DNA from: an uncultured Clostridia bacterium
Lineage (GTDB): Bacteria > Bacillota > Clostridia > Christensenellales > CAG-917
Reading direction: 5' to 3'
DNA: 64,000 nucleotides
Assembly (NCBI GenBank): GCA_944332815.1
Contig: CALVKQ010000002.1
Coordinates: 1,787 to 65,786, forward strand
This document shows positions 17,625 to 25,918 of the stretch, in pieces (positions within the stretch are counted from its first letter, which is position 1; each line of letters starts with the position of its first letter). A model generated the notes under the pieces. It did no database searches and was not told where the DNA came from. It saw nothing but the letters and a program-made list of their open reading frames with translations. The position numbers were made by a program, and so were the translations under genes.

Positions 17625-17659
17625 AAAAACGAAACGCCGCACTCTGCGGCGTTTCGTTT
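17625..17659 (-). terminator. rho-independent terminator of the SRP RNA (potentially bidirectional)
   Basis: 14-bp stem aaacgaaacgccgc/gcggcgtttcgttt with loop actct. A T-run follows on the minus strand. Confidence 0.7.
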
Positions 17660-17926
17660 GCTGCGCACCGACTCCGACAGTCCGTACCGAAACGGAAACC
17701 GTACAGGTAGCTCCTTCAAAGTTCCCCCGTGGCACACGGCAACGCCTGCTTAGTGCTGCTGCGGTCAAGCCCTGACACGGTTCGCAGTATGCAGTTGCAC
17801 GGGACCTTGCTATCGACACCCCTTATATGGCGCAGCCTTCCATACGAAAAGCCTCGGACGGCGTTCGACACTGCTATGGCGGATTGCAGTTCACAGGGCA
17901 CCGCCGGCTCCCCGTCTAGCGCAGCC
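17660..17926 (-). ncRNA. ffs: signal recognition particle RNA, long Bacillus/Clostridium type (scRNA with Alu domain)
   Basis: The reverse complement reads GCTAGACGGGGAGCCGGCGGTGCCCTGTGAACTGCAATCCGCCATAGCAG (Alu-domain region, close to B. subtilis scRNA as I recall it). It also reads GTCAGGGCTTGACCGCAGCAGCACTAAGCAGG (domain IV GNAR/AGCA motif). The 5' GCTGCGC pairs with the 3' GCGCAGC. Confidence 0.85.
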
Positions 17927-17931
17927 ATGAC

Positions 17932-17960
17932 AGTATATCATCTATCCTCCGCTTTTGCAA
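17932..17960 (-). promoter_or_regulatory. sigma-A promoter of SRP RNA
   Basis: Minus strand: TTGCAA (17955-17960), a 17-nt spacer, then TATACT (17932-17937). The RNA 5' stem begins ~6 nt downstream. Confidence 0.65.
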
Positions 17961-18128
17961 CACTTTTATAGCAGCCGAGATTAATGTCGCACGTAGGTCA
18001 CACAGCCAGAACACATTTGCAAAACGCACGCACGACGGGAAACTAAACCGACAATTTGCAAAAATGTGACGGTTTTCTTCCTCCGATCCGCTATTGAAAA
18101 AACCGTCTTTCGGTGCTAGACTTAATGT

Positions 18129-18953
18129 ATGGATAAAAGAATTTTGACCATTCAGGATTACTCCTCCGTCGGGCGTTGCTCTCTCACCGCCGCGCTCCCT
18201 ATATTGTGTGCTTGCGGACATGACGCAGTGGGGCTGCCCACGGCGCTTCTCTCCACGCAAACTTACGGCATAGAGGGCTTCACTTACACCGACCTTTACC
18301 AAAATATGCTGCCTTCTTATGCGCATTGGAAAAAGCTCGGCATCAAATTCGACTGCCTGTACACGGGGTTTCTCGGCTCTATGGAAACGGCGGGTGCCGC
18401 AATTGAGATCGCGCGCGACCTCAAAAAGCAAGGAGCCCTCATAGCCGTTGACCCGGCTATGGCGGAAAACGGCGAACTATATAAGATCTTCGACGACGCC
18501 TACCGCGATAAAATGTTCGAACTCTGCCGCATTGCCGACATAGTGATGCCCAACTTTACCGAAGGCAAAATGCTGGCAGGACTGGACATGAGTTTGGAGC
18601 CCAATGTCGCCAATGCGCGCATGATACTCAAAATACTCAACCACAACGGGTTCGGGCGCGTGCTGCTCTCCGGCATCATGAAAGACGGAAAACAAGGCAC
18701 TGCCACACTGTGCGCCGGGAAGATCGCGTTTGAAATGAACGAAAGTTTCAAAGAATACATACACGGAGCCGGCGACTGCCTTTCTTCCGCGTTCATAGGG
18801 AAACTGCTCGCAGGCGTACCGTTTGAAAAAGCGGCGCAGATCGCTGTCGATTTCTGCAAAGAATGCATCCGCGTTTCGGTGCAGGAAAAAGTGGATCTCC
18901 GGTTCGGATTACTTATAGAACGCGTCCTGCCCATGCTTGTCGAGAAAAATTGA
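18129..18953 (+). CDS. pyridoxal/pyridoxamine kinase (ribokinase-like PdxK/PdxY family)
   Basis: MDKRILTIQDYSSVGRCSLTAALPILCACGHDAVGLPTALLSTQT is typical of Firmicute pyridoxamine kinases. GAGD motif near the C-terminus. TTGAAA-N17-TAGACT promoter upstream. Confidence 0.8.
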   Translation: MDKRILTIQDYSSVGRCSLTAALPILCACGHDAVGLPTALLSTQTYGIEGFTYTDLYQNMLPSYAHWKKLGIKFDCLYTGFLGSMETAGAAIEIARDLKKQGALIAVDPAMAENGELYKIFDDAYRDKMFELCRIADIVMPNFTEGKMLAGLDMSLEPNVANARMILKILNHNGFGRVLLSGIMKDGKQGTATLCAGKIAFEMNESFKEYIHGAGDCLSSAFIGKLLAGVPFEKAAQIAVDFCKECIRVSVQEKVDLRFGLLIERVLPMLVEKN

Positions 18954-19085
18954 TCGTGATCTGAGCCGTTTATGCCTCATGTCGGACCGGAATGACAAGA
19001 ACCCGGTCAGGCGTTATAAGAACCGGGTCAGGCGGCGCAGAGCTCCGCTAGGGACGCGTCACTTGTCTTGCTTATCGGTCTACGT

Positions 19086-19116
19086 AAAAAGCCACCGTTC
19101 CCACGGTGGCTTTTTT
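19086..19116. terminator. bidirectional rho-independent terminator
   Basis: AAAAA-gccaccg-ttccca-cggtggc-TTTTTT, between the convergent kinase and EF-G genes. Confidence 0.75.
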
Positions 19117-19134
19117 GTTCGGGTGGTCGAGGGG

Positions 19135-21198
19135 TCACTTCTTGGACTCTTCCTCGCGTTTCTTGGCGTCTTCGACTATCTTGGCGTTGTTGCTTGCAGG
19201 CACTTCGTCGTAGCGGATGAGTTCCATGGAGAACTTACCTCTGCCCTGCGTCATGCTGCGCAGATCGGTCGCGTAACGGAACATTTCCGCCTGGGGAACT
19301 TCCGCGGTGATGATCTGCTTGCCGCCTTCCGCGATATCGGTGCCGAGGATACGACCGCGGCGCTTGTTCATATCGCCGAGGATATCGCCCAAATACTCGT
19401 CTGGGACGGTGATCTTCGCTTCCATGATGGGCTCGAGGAAGCAGGGGGACGCCTTTGCGCACGCTTCCTGATAGGAGAGCTTTGCGGCGGTTATGAACGC
19501 GATCTCTTTGCTGTCCACGGGGTGATACTTTCCGTCATAGAGAGTCGCTTTGATGTTGACCATGGGATAGCCTGCCAAAACGCCCTTCTTGATGGCTTCG
19601 CGCAGACCTTTTTCGACGGCAGGGATGAACTGTCTGGGAACGGCGCCGCCGACTATCGCGTCCACGAACTCGAACTCGCCGTCTTCTGCACCGGGCTCGA
19701 AACGGATGAACACGTCGCCGTACTGCCCTGCGCCGCCGGACTGTTTCTTATGCTTACCTTCCGCTTCCGCAGTCTTTCTTATGGTTTCGCGATAAGCGAC
19801 CCTGGGCTCCTGCCAAGTGATGTCGAGCCCCAGCTTATTCTTGACGCGCTTGCACATGATGTCGAGCTGCGCCTCGCCAAGACCGCTGATGAGAACGTCG
19901 CCCGTTTCCGCGCTCTTTTCCACCTTGAATGTGGCGTCTTCGTCCTGCATCTTGATGAGCCCCTGGATGACCTTCTCCTCGTCTTTCGCCGCGCGCACCG
20001 CATAGGAGATGACGGGCTTCGGGAAATCGATCTTCTCGAAATCCAGCTTGAAGTCGGGGGAAGAGAGGGTGTCGTTGGTGTTGGTGCACACCAGCTTGGA
20101 CAGTGCGCCGATGTCGCCTGCTTCGAGGCTGTCGACGGGCTCCTGCTTCTTGCCTTTGAGGACGTAGATGGTGCCCACTTTCTCCGTCTTTTCCGCGGTG
20201 TTGTTATACACGGTGTCGCCGCTTGTCAGCTTGCCGCTGATGACTTTGAGGATGAGCATCTTGCCCACATACGGGTCGACGACGGACTTGAACACCTGCG
20301 CAGCAAAAGGTGCGTTGCTGTCGCACGCGACTTCCACGGTGGCGCCGTCCTTGACCGCTTTATGCTTGTGCGCCTTAGCAGGAGAAGGCAGCAGATCCAC
20401 GATCTTGTCCATGAGCCCGTCCACTCTGGTGCAGGTGGTGGCGTTGCCTGCCATGAGGGGGATAAAGCTGTCGCTCGCGATGGCGGCATGCACGCCTTTC
20501 TGTATTTCTTCTGCGGTGAACGCTTCGCCGTCGAAGAACTTCATCATGAGTTCCTCGTCCGTTTCGGCGACCATTTCCATGAGCTTATCTTTATATTCGG
20601 CAGCCTTTGCCTCCAACGCGGCAGGCACTGCGACGCTCTTGCCGTCAAGAGTGAAGCCCTCGCCGGAGAAGACGTCCACGTAACCGGTCATCTTGCCGCC
20701 TTCCATGATGGGAAGCTCGATAGGGACGACCTTGGAGTACTTTGCGGTGATGGCGTCAACGGTGGACATGAAGTCAGAGTTTTCCTTGTTGACGGCGTTG
20801 ACGAATATGAACGCAGGGACTCTCTTTTCCAGGCACATTTCGAGCGCTTTCTCGGTACCGACCGTGAGAGAACCGGACGCACTGGTGACGACTATCGCGC
20901 TGTCGGCAGCGGCAAGCGCCGCGACCATCTCGCCTTCGAAGTCAAAAAAGCCGGGAACGTCGAGGATGTTGATCTTGACGTTGTTCCTGACGGCGTAGCC
21001 GAGCGCCATGCTGATGGATATCTTACGCTTGACTTCTTCGTCATCGTAGTCCATCGTGGCGGTGCCGTCGTCGACCTTGCCAAGGCGGTCTATGGTCTTC
21101 GTCATGTAAAGCATGGCTTCGGCGAGGGAAGTTTTGCCCTCACCGGAGTGCCCGACGAGTGCGACGTTGCGGATAAAATCGGTTGTGAAAGTCTTCAT
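19135..21198 (-). CDS. elongation factor G paralog (EF-G2-like translational GTPase)
   Basis: 687 aa. G1 GHSGEGKTS, DVPGF, NAVNKEN (NKxD-like), and EF-G domains II-V throughout. Confidence 0.9.
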   Translation of the reverse strand: MKTFTTDFIRNVALVGHSGEGKTSLAEAMLYMTKTIDRLGKVDDGTATMDYDDEEVKRKISISMALGYAVRNNVKINILDVPGFFDFEGEMVAALAAADSAIVVTSASGSLTVGTEKALEMCLEKRVPAFIFVNAVNKENSDFMSTVDAITAKYSKVVPIELPIMEGGKMTGYVDVFSGEGFTLDGKSVAVPAALEAKAAEYKDKLMEMVAETDEELMMKFFDGEAFTAEEIQKGVHAAIASDSFIPLMAGNATTCTRVDGLMDKIVDLLPSPAKAHKHKAVKDGATVEVACDSNAPFAAQVFKSVVDPYVGKMLILKVISGKLTSGDTVYNNTAEKTEKVGTIYVLKGKKQEPVDSLEAGDIGALSKLVCTNTNDTLSSPDFKLDFEKIDFPKPVISYAVRAAKDEEKVIQGLIKMQDEDATFKVEKSAETGDVLISGLGEAQLDIMCKRVKNKLGLDITWQEPRVAYRETIRKTAEAEGKHKKQSGGAGQYGDVFIRFEPGAEDGEFEFVDAIVGGAVPRQFIPAVEKGLREAIKKGVLAGYPMVNIKATLYDGKYHPVDSKEIAFITAAKLSYQEACAKASPCFLEPIMEAKITVPDEYLGDILGDMNKRRGRILGTDIAEGGKQIITAEVPQAEMFRYATDLRSMTQGRGKFSMELIRYDEVPASNNAKIVEDAKKREEESKK

Positions 21199-21384
21199 GG
21201 AATACCTCTAATGGATTTTTCCTAACAATGATACAATAAATCGAAGTTTTAATCAAGCGAAAAATCCTCTAAATCTCAAATAGTATCAAGGCGCGCAGGT
21301 AACGCCGCACGAAGCGCTCTCGCCGCCCTCACCTTATCGGCATATCGCGAATAATCCGCGGCAGGAAAGAATACATTTTCAAGT

Positions 21385-22149
21385 ATGGCAGTGCGGATAG
21401 GCGTGTATGACAGCGGCATAGGAGGGCTGACCACTCTCGCTCTCCTCAGGGCAAAACTCCCGGGGTGCACATGGTTTTATCTCGCCGACAACGCGCGGAT
21501 GCCCTTCGGCAGCAAAAGCCGGGCGGAACTTTTCGAAGCCGCACATGCCGCCCTAGGGATATTGCACGCGAATGCGGACGTTGCGGTGATGGGATGCAAC
21601 ACCGTGTCCGTCACGGTGCGCCCGAAAGACGCGTTCACCCTCTGCCCCGACCTCGACGGGTGCGACCCCGAACGCACTTTGGTGCTGGCGACTCCGCGCA
21701 CTTTGTCCGTGCTGGACGCCGCAAAACGCGGTTTCATGACGGCTGACACCTCCGAACTCGCGGTGCTGACCGAAATACAGATGTCCCTAAGCTATAAATC
21801 GCGCACGAAACCGAGCTGCGCTCCCTTAAAAGAATATCTGTCCGCGAGGCTGCGCTCCCTCCCTCACCCTCCCGAACGGGTGCTGCTGGGCTGCTCGCAT
21901 TACGTCTACGCCGCAAAAGAAATACGCGCCGTAACGGGCGGCGAGGGGTATTCCGACGGCAACGACGCCCTGACCGACAGAGTGGCAAACGCCCTTCCTC
22001 ACGCCCTCCGCACGGCAAACGGCGGAGGGGACGTCCGCTTCCTTTTTACGGGTGCGGACGAGAGTGCGAAATACGCATGGCTGCTCGCCGAGTTGGAAAC
22101 GCATTACGTGCCTCTTGCACTGCATAAACCGTTTTATCTTCCGAAATGA
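21385..22149 (+). CDS. murI: glutamate racemase
   Basis: IGVYDSGIGGLT near the N-terminus, GCNT and GCSHY catalytic-Cys contexts. Confidence 0.9.
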   Translation: MAVRIGVYDSGIGGLTTLALLRAKLPGCTWFYLADNARMPFGSKSRAELFEAAHAALGILHANADVAVMGCNTVSVTVRPKDAFTLCPDLDGCDPERTLVLATPRTLSVLDAAKRGFMTADTSELAVLTEIQMSLSYKSRTKPSCAPLKEYLSARLRSLPHPPERVLLGCSHYVYAAKEIRAVTGGEGYSDGNDALTDRVANALPHALRTANGGGDVRFLFTGADESAKYAWLLAELETHYVPLALHKPFYLPK

Positions 22150-22165
22150 TATGATAAACATGCCG

Positions 22166-23065
22166 TTATGTGTTTTCACCAAATAATGAATTGATTGCCC
22201 CGGCGACTATAGACGCCGCGTTGCAAACGTAAAATCCCACCTCTTTCGGAGCGACGACCAGCTGTCCCAGCCGCTTGTCCGCCATAAGTTCGCGCAGCTT
22301 GAATTCGTTCTCTTCCCCACCCGTCGCTAGGGCGTATTCGTGGGCGAAATCGCGAAGTACCGTGCGCATGGACAGCACCGTAGGCACGCCTATCGCCACG
22401 ACGGGTACGCCCAGCACGCTCTTGTCTATGCGCGGCTTATCTCCTCCCACTCCGCTGCCCGGAGCTATGCCTGCGGTGGTGAGCTGATAGGACGCTCCCA
22501 ACCTCTTTACGGAGGACGTGGCAAGGGAATCCACGGCGATGACGCAGGAGGGGCGCAGTTTTGCGCATACGCCTGCCACCGTGTCCGCACTGCGGATGCC
22601 CGTTCTCCCCTCCACCCCTGTGGTGACAGCGCACAAGCGGACTTTTTCCCTTCTGCGCTCGGAGGGCGACACCGGCGAAACGTCCAGAAGGTCCGTCACG
22701 GCGCTGCCCAGGGAATCTGCCGTGACTTCGTCGTTGCCCAGCCCCACCACCAACACCGTTGAGCGTCTGCCCATCACACCCAGCATATCCACCAGGCAGC
22801 CTGCGATGTAGTTTTGCAGCGTCTGCGCGTCGCGAGCCGCGGACAGCGCAGGCGTGGGACAGTCGAATGTGACGTACACCCCGGGGCTGCGCCCTATCTT
22901 TGCGGCAAGAGCGGCGTCGCGGAGCTTCACCGTCTTTTTCGATATGCCGCATTTCAGCGTTTTTTCCTCCGCCAGGGAAGCGAGCGACCTCCTCTCCAAC
23001 GCGTCCTGCGCCATGTCCGTGACAAAATCGGCTATATCCATGCGGATATTATGTGCGTTTTGCAA
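22166..23065 (-). CDS. gpr: GPR endopeptidase (spore germination protease)
   Basis: VLVVGLGNDEVTADSLG motif. ~300 aa. Conserved gpr-rpsT neighbourhood as in Bacilli/Clostridia. Confidence 0.8.
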   Translation of the reverse strand: MQNAHNIRMDIADFVTDMAQDALERRSLASLAEEKTLKCGISKKTVKLRDAALAAKIGRSPGVYVTFDCPTPALSAARDAQTLQNYIAGCLVDMLGVMGRRSTVLVVGLGNDEVTADSLGSAVTDLLDVSPVSPSERRREKVRLCAVTTGVEGRTGIRSADTVAGVCAKLRPSCVIAVDSLATSSVKRLGASYQLTTAGIAPGSGVGGDKPRIDKSVLGVPVVAIGVPTVLSMRTVLRDFAHEYALATGGEENEFKLRELMADKRLGQLVVAPKEVGFYVCNAASIVAGAINSLFGENT

Positions 23066-23154
23066 AAAAAGGCGTCAAACAGTTGCATGAAATAAAACGA
23101 TGTGATAATATAGCTAGGCAATTAAAATAAGATACACCTCAAGAGGAGAACGTA

Positions 23155-23424
23155 ATGCCCAACATCAAATCCGCCAAGAAAAGAGTTCTGATCTCCAAGA
23201 AGAAGAACGCGGAAAACGTCGCAAAAAAATCTCGCGTCAAGAACGCGATCAAGAAGTTCAATGCCGCGATCGACGCCGGCGATATAGCCCTTGCCGAACA
23301 GCTCCTGCCCGAAACCGTTTCCGTCATCGACAGAGCCGCTTCCGACGGAGTCTATCATGCCAACACCGCCGCTCGCAAAAAAGCGACCGTCTGCCGCGCG
23401 CTGGACAAGCTCAAAAAGGCGTAA
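23155..23424 (+). CDS. rpsT: 30S ribosomal protein S20
   Basis: MPNIKSAKKRVLISKKKNAENVAKKSRVKNAIKK is the canonical S20 N-terminus. A hairpin (ggcggc-att-gccgc) follows the stop. Confidence 0.95.
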   Translation: MPNIKSAKKRVLISKKKNAENVAKKSRVKNAIKKFNAAIDAGDIALAEQLLPETVSVIDRAASDGVYHANTAARKKATVCRALDKLKKA

Positions 23425-23755
23425 TCACGTTTGGGGCGGCATTGCCGCTCCCTTTAAGACAACAGACACCACCCTCCTTGCAGATGTGTGTAGTTTTGCG
23501 GACTACCCTCCACATCGACGCACAGGAGGTTTTTTCTGTTCTCCGACTCTTCTATTCCCATTCCCTGTCCTCGTCATCAAAACCGCGCCACACGGCTTCA
23601 AAATGCGCGTCGCAAGGTTTTGAACGGCGGCGCGCACCGACCTGAAATAAACCGTGCCGAGAACACTCTCCGATGATATCGCGCAACAGCGCACGTTAAG
23701 CAACTTCGCGCGCTTCTTAAACGAAAAATAACGGGGCGCCGTGCGCCCCGTCCGT

Positions 23756-23951
23756 ATGCCAGACAGGAATAATACGAACCAGCCTCGGAGCAATTCTTTT
23801 CGGCGCTTTTGCACAGCCGAACCTTGCCAATATGTATACTATTGCCTGCGTTCCGCCCGTGCAACATCATCCGAAAATCTCTTGCTCTGAGGTGCGAGCA
23901 GTTCCGCGCCGCCGATTTCCGCCTGAACCGCGTCATTCGCCTTGCTAATAC
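23756..23951 (+). repeat. half-copy of the TIR-bounded element found at 47347-47627 (inverted orientation)
   Basis: It begins with the same 25-mer, ATGCCAGACAGGAATAATACGAACC. It is then colinear with the reverse complement of 47473-47602 (few mismatches plus one divergent ~16-bp patch). It ends with a segment matching 47381-47423. Confidence 0.8.
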
Positions 23952-23955
23952 AGTG

Positions 23956-25170
23956 TCACTCGAACACCTTGATATCTTTTGAGGAGGAATACGTCTTCCA
24001 GCCGCCGTGGTCGGCGGTGTTGGGATCTCCCGTTCGGGCGAAAGCCGCGATGCGGTCCACCATCTCGTCGGACAGCGCGTAGTCCTCTTTGCCGAACGGG
24101 CGCGGGGAATTTCCGAGCGACCCCAGCGCGTACCAAAGGTCGCAGGAGTGGAAGGACGCGCCGTCGGGAGGGAGCGGATGCCTGAACGAGAACACGTAAC
24201 AAGGCGTTCCCTTCTTCTTTTGCTTCCTCGCAAACGCCCTCGCCATATGGTTGAGCACGGGAGGGAGCAAGTCCTTTTTCACCGTGCCTATGACGGTGGG
24301 GACGGAGGTTTCGTAACGATCGTTCTTTATCAGTTTGCCGTCCAGCACTGGCTTGGTTTGAAGCGCTTTGCCCACGAGGTGTTTGGTCTTCCACGTCGTC
24401 CAAACCTGTTCGGTGGGGAGTTTTCTGAACTCCTCGATATCCGCCGCGCCCGAGGCTTTCATCAGCTTTTTCCAGTAACGGGTATTCGGCTTGGAGAGAG
24501 GGAGCAGAAGTCCCCTTTTGCCGCTGCCCGAAAGCATGACCGCGCCTTTCACCAGACCTTTCACCTCGTCGGAGCATATGAGCGTCTGTACGCTCATCGC
24601 GCCTGCGCTCTGCCCCATGAGTGTGATGTTGTCGGGGTCGCCGCCGAACGCGGATATATTGCGCCGCAGCCAGGAGATCGCCGCGGCCTGATCGTATATC
24701 CCCAGGTTGCCCGTGGAACTTTCGCCGTCCGCAAAGAAGCCGAAGACGTTGAGGCGGTAGTTTATCGCGACAAAAATTATGCCTCTTCGCGCATACGCCG
24801 AGCCGTCGAACTGCATCTCGTTGACGCTGCCGCCCGTGAAACTGCCGCCGTGGGCGAACACGATGACGGGCGCGTCCTTGGCGTCCTTGGGCTGGTGGAT
24901 GTCCAAAATGAGGCAGTCTTCGCTGTAAGTGAAAGTCTTGCCCTTCCTGAACTCCCGATAGTAAAAACGGTGCTCCTCATTCCAAAACGCGCGCATCTGC
25001 GGACAGCACGGACCCTGACGGGTGGCGTCCTGCACGCCTGCGTAACTGACGGGCACGGGCATGCCGAAACGGGGCGCTTCTGCGTACTTGACGCCGCGGA
25101 AGACCGCGCCGTAGTCGGTGACCGCGCCCATTATATCGCCGCAAGGCGCCGCGACAAGTTTAGTCTGCAT
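23956..25170 (-). CDS. carboxylesterase/lipase type B family protein
   Basis: HGGSF oxyanion motif and GQSAGA nucleophile elbow. 404 aa. Confidence 0.85.
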   Translation of the reverse strand: MQTKLVAAPCGDIMGAVTDYGAVFRGVKYAEAPRFGMPVPVSYAGVQDATRQGPCCPQMRAFWNEEHRFYYREFRKGKTFTYSEDCLILDIHQPKDAKDAPVIVFAHGGSFTGGSVNEMQFDGSAYARRGIIFVAINYRLNVFGFFADGESSTGNLGIYDQAAAISWLRRNISAFGGDPDNITLMGQSAGAMSVQTLICSDEVKGLVKGAVMLSGSGKRGLLLPLSKPNTRYWKKLMKASGAADIEEFRKLPTEQVWTTWKTKHLVGKALQTKPVLDGKLIKNDRYETSVPTVIGTVKKDLLPPVLNHMARAFARKQKKKGTPCYVFSFRHPLPPDGASFHSCDLWYALGSLGNSPRPFGKEDYALSDEMVDRIAAFARTGDPNTADHGGWKTYSSSKDIKVFE

Positions 25171-25906
25171 TTTTCAGTTCCTCCAAAGTGCGCATGGAAT
25201 ACTCCATGGAAGCGAACGGACGCGGAGAAAAGTCCAGTTCGACGACGGCGTTGCGCACGCCGCACTCCTTTGCTTTTTTGAGTATGGCGGCGAAGTCCAG
25301 CGTCCCTTTGCCCACCGCGCGGAACAGCTTATGCTTGTAGTCTTTGAGATGGAGCGTATCCACCCTGCCTGCCAGTCTTTCGAGATAACCTTCCACGCTC
25401 GCGCCGGCATACTTCATCCAATAAGTATCGGGGATGAAGCGCACGCGCTTGTCCGTGTTCGCGATGAGATAGTCTAACATCACGTCGCCGCCCACCTTTT
25501 CGAACTCGAACCAATGATTGTGATACGCGATGGTCATATCCTCCTGCGCCAGCCTGTCCGCGGTAAGGTTCAGAAAGTCCACGAACCGGTTTAGGCCCGC
25601 CTTTTCCCCCGTGCGGAATTTGCCGGGCATCATGCCCACGCCCATTGCGCAGCACGCATATATCTTATGCTCGGCGATGAGCCCGTCCAGATCGTTTTCC
25701 AGCCTGTCGAACTTGTCGTGCGTCAGGCATACGGGCAAGGAATACGCCTCCGAAAGCCTGCTTATCACATTGGGGTCAACGGGTTTTCCGCCGGAGAGCT
25801 GGACCACTTCCGCCCCCATATCCGCGACCCGTCCGAACACCTTGCGATAGCCTGCTTCGTCTTTGAGATATTTCCTGAGCGAAAACAACTGTATGCCGTA
25901 TCTCAT
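25160..25906 (-). CDS. sugar phosphate isomerase/epimerase (xylose isomerase-like TIM barrel)
   Basis: 248 aa. Typical AP-endonuclease-2/TIM-barrel pattern (LHLKDY, VELD). Overlaps the esterase start by 11 nt. Confidence 0.8.
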   Translation of the reverse strand: MRYGIQLFSLRKYLKDEAGYRKVFGRVADMGAEVVQLSGGKPVDPNVISRLSEAYSLPVCLTHDKFDRLENDLDGLIAEHKIYACCAMGVGMMPGKFRTGEKAGLNRFVDFLNLTADRLAQEDMTIAYHNHWFEFEKVGGDVMLDYLIANTDKRVRFIPDTYWMKYAGASVEGYLERLAGRVDTLHLKDYKHKLFRAVGKGTLDFAAILKKAKECGVRNAVVELDFSPRPFASMEYSMRTLEELKNAD

Positions 25907-25918
25907 GGTTTATCCCTC

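Noticed and set aside
17580-17971. Three 70-80-aa ORFs between the ABC permease and the kinase gene.
   Set aside because: They overlap the SRP RNA gene, its promoter and its terminator. None has an RBS and none has protein-like composition.
18997-19034. Two tandem 17-mers, AAGAACC(C/G)GGTCAGGCG, 4 bp apart, downstream of the kinase gene.
   Set aside because: It is short, has only two copies, and sits in a convergent intergenic region upstream of a terminator. There is no supporting context for a function.
19135-21198. EF-G-like GTPase, considered as a Tet(M)/Tet(O)-type ribosomal protection gene.
   Set aside because: - The chromosomal core context (kinase, murI) and composition match the core, and no mobile-element genes are nearby.
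- The sequence looks like the common clostridial EF-G2 paralog.
- I cannot exclude it without a phylogeny.
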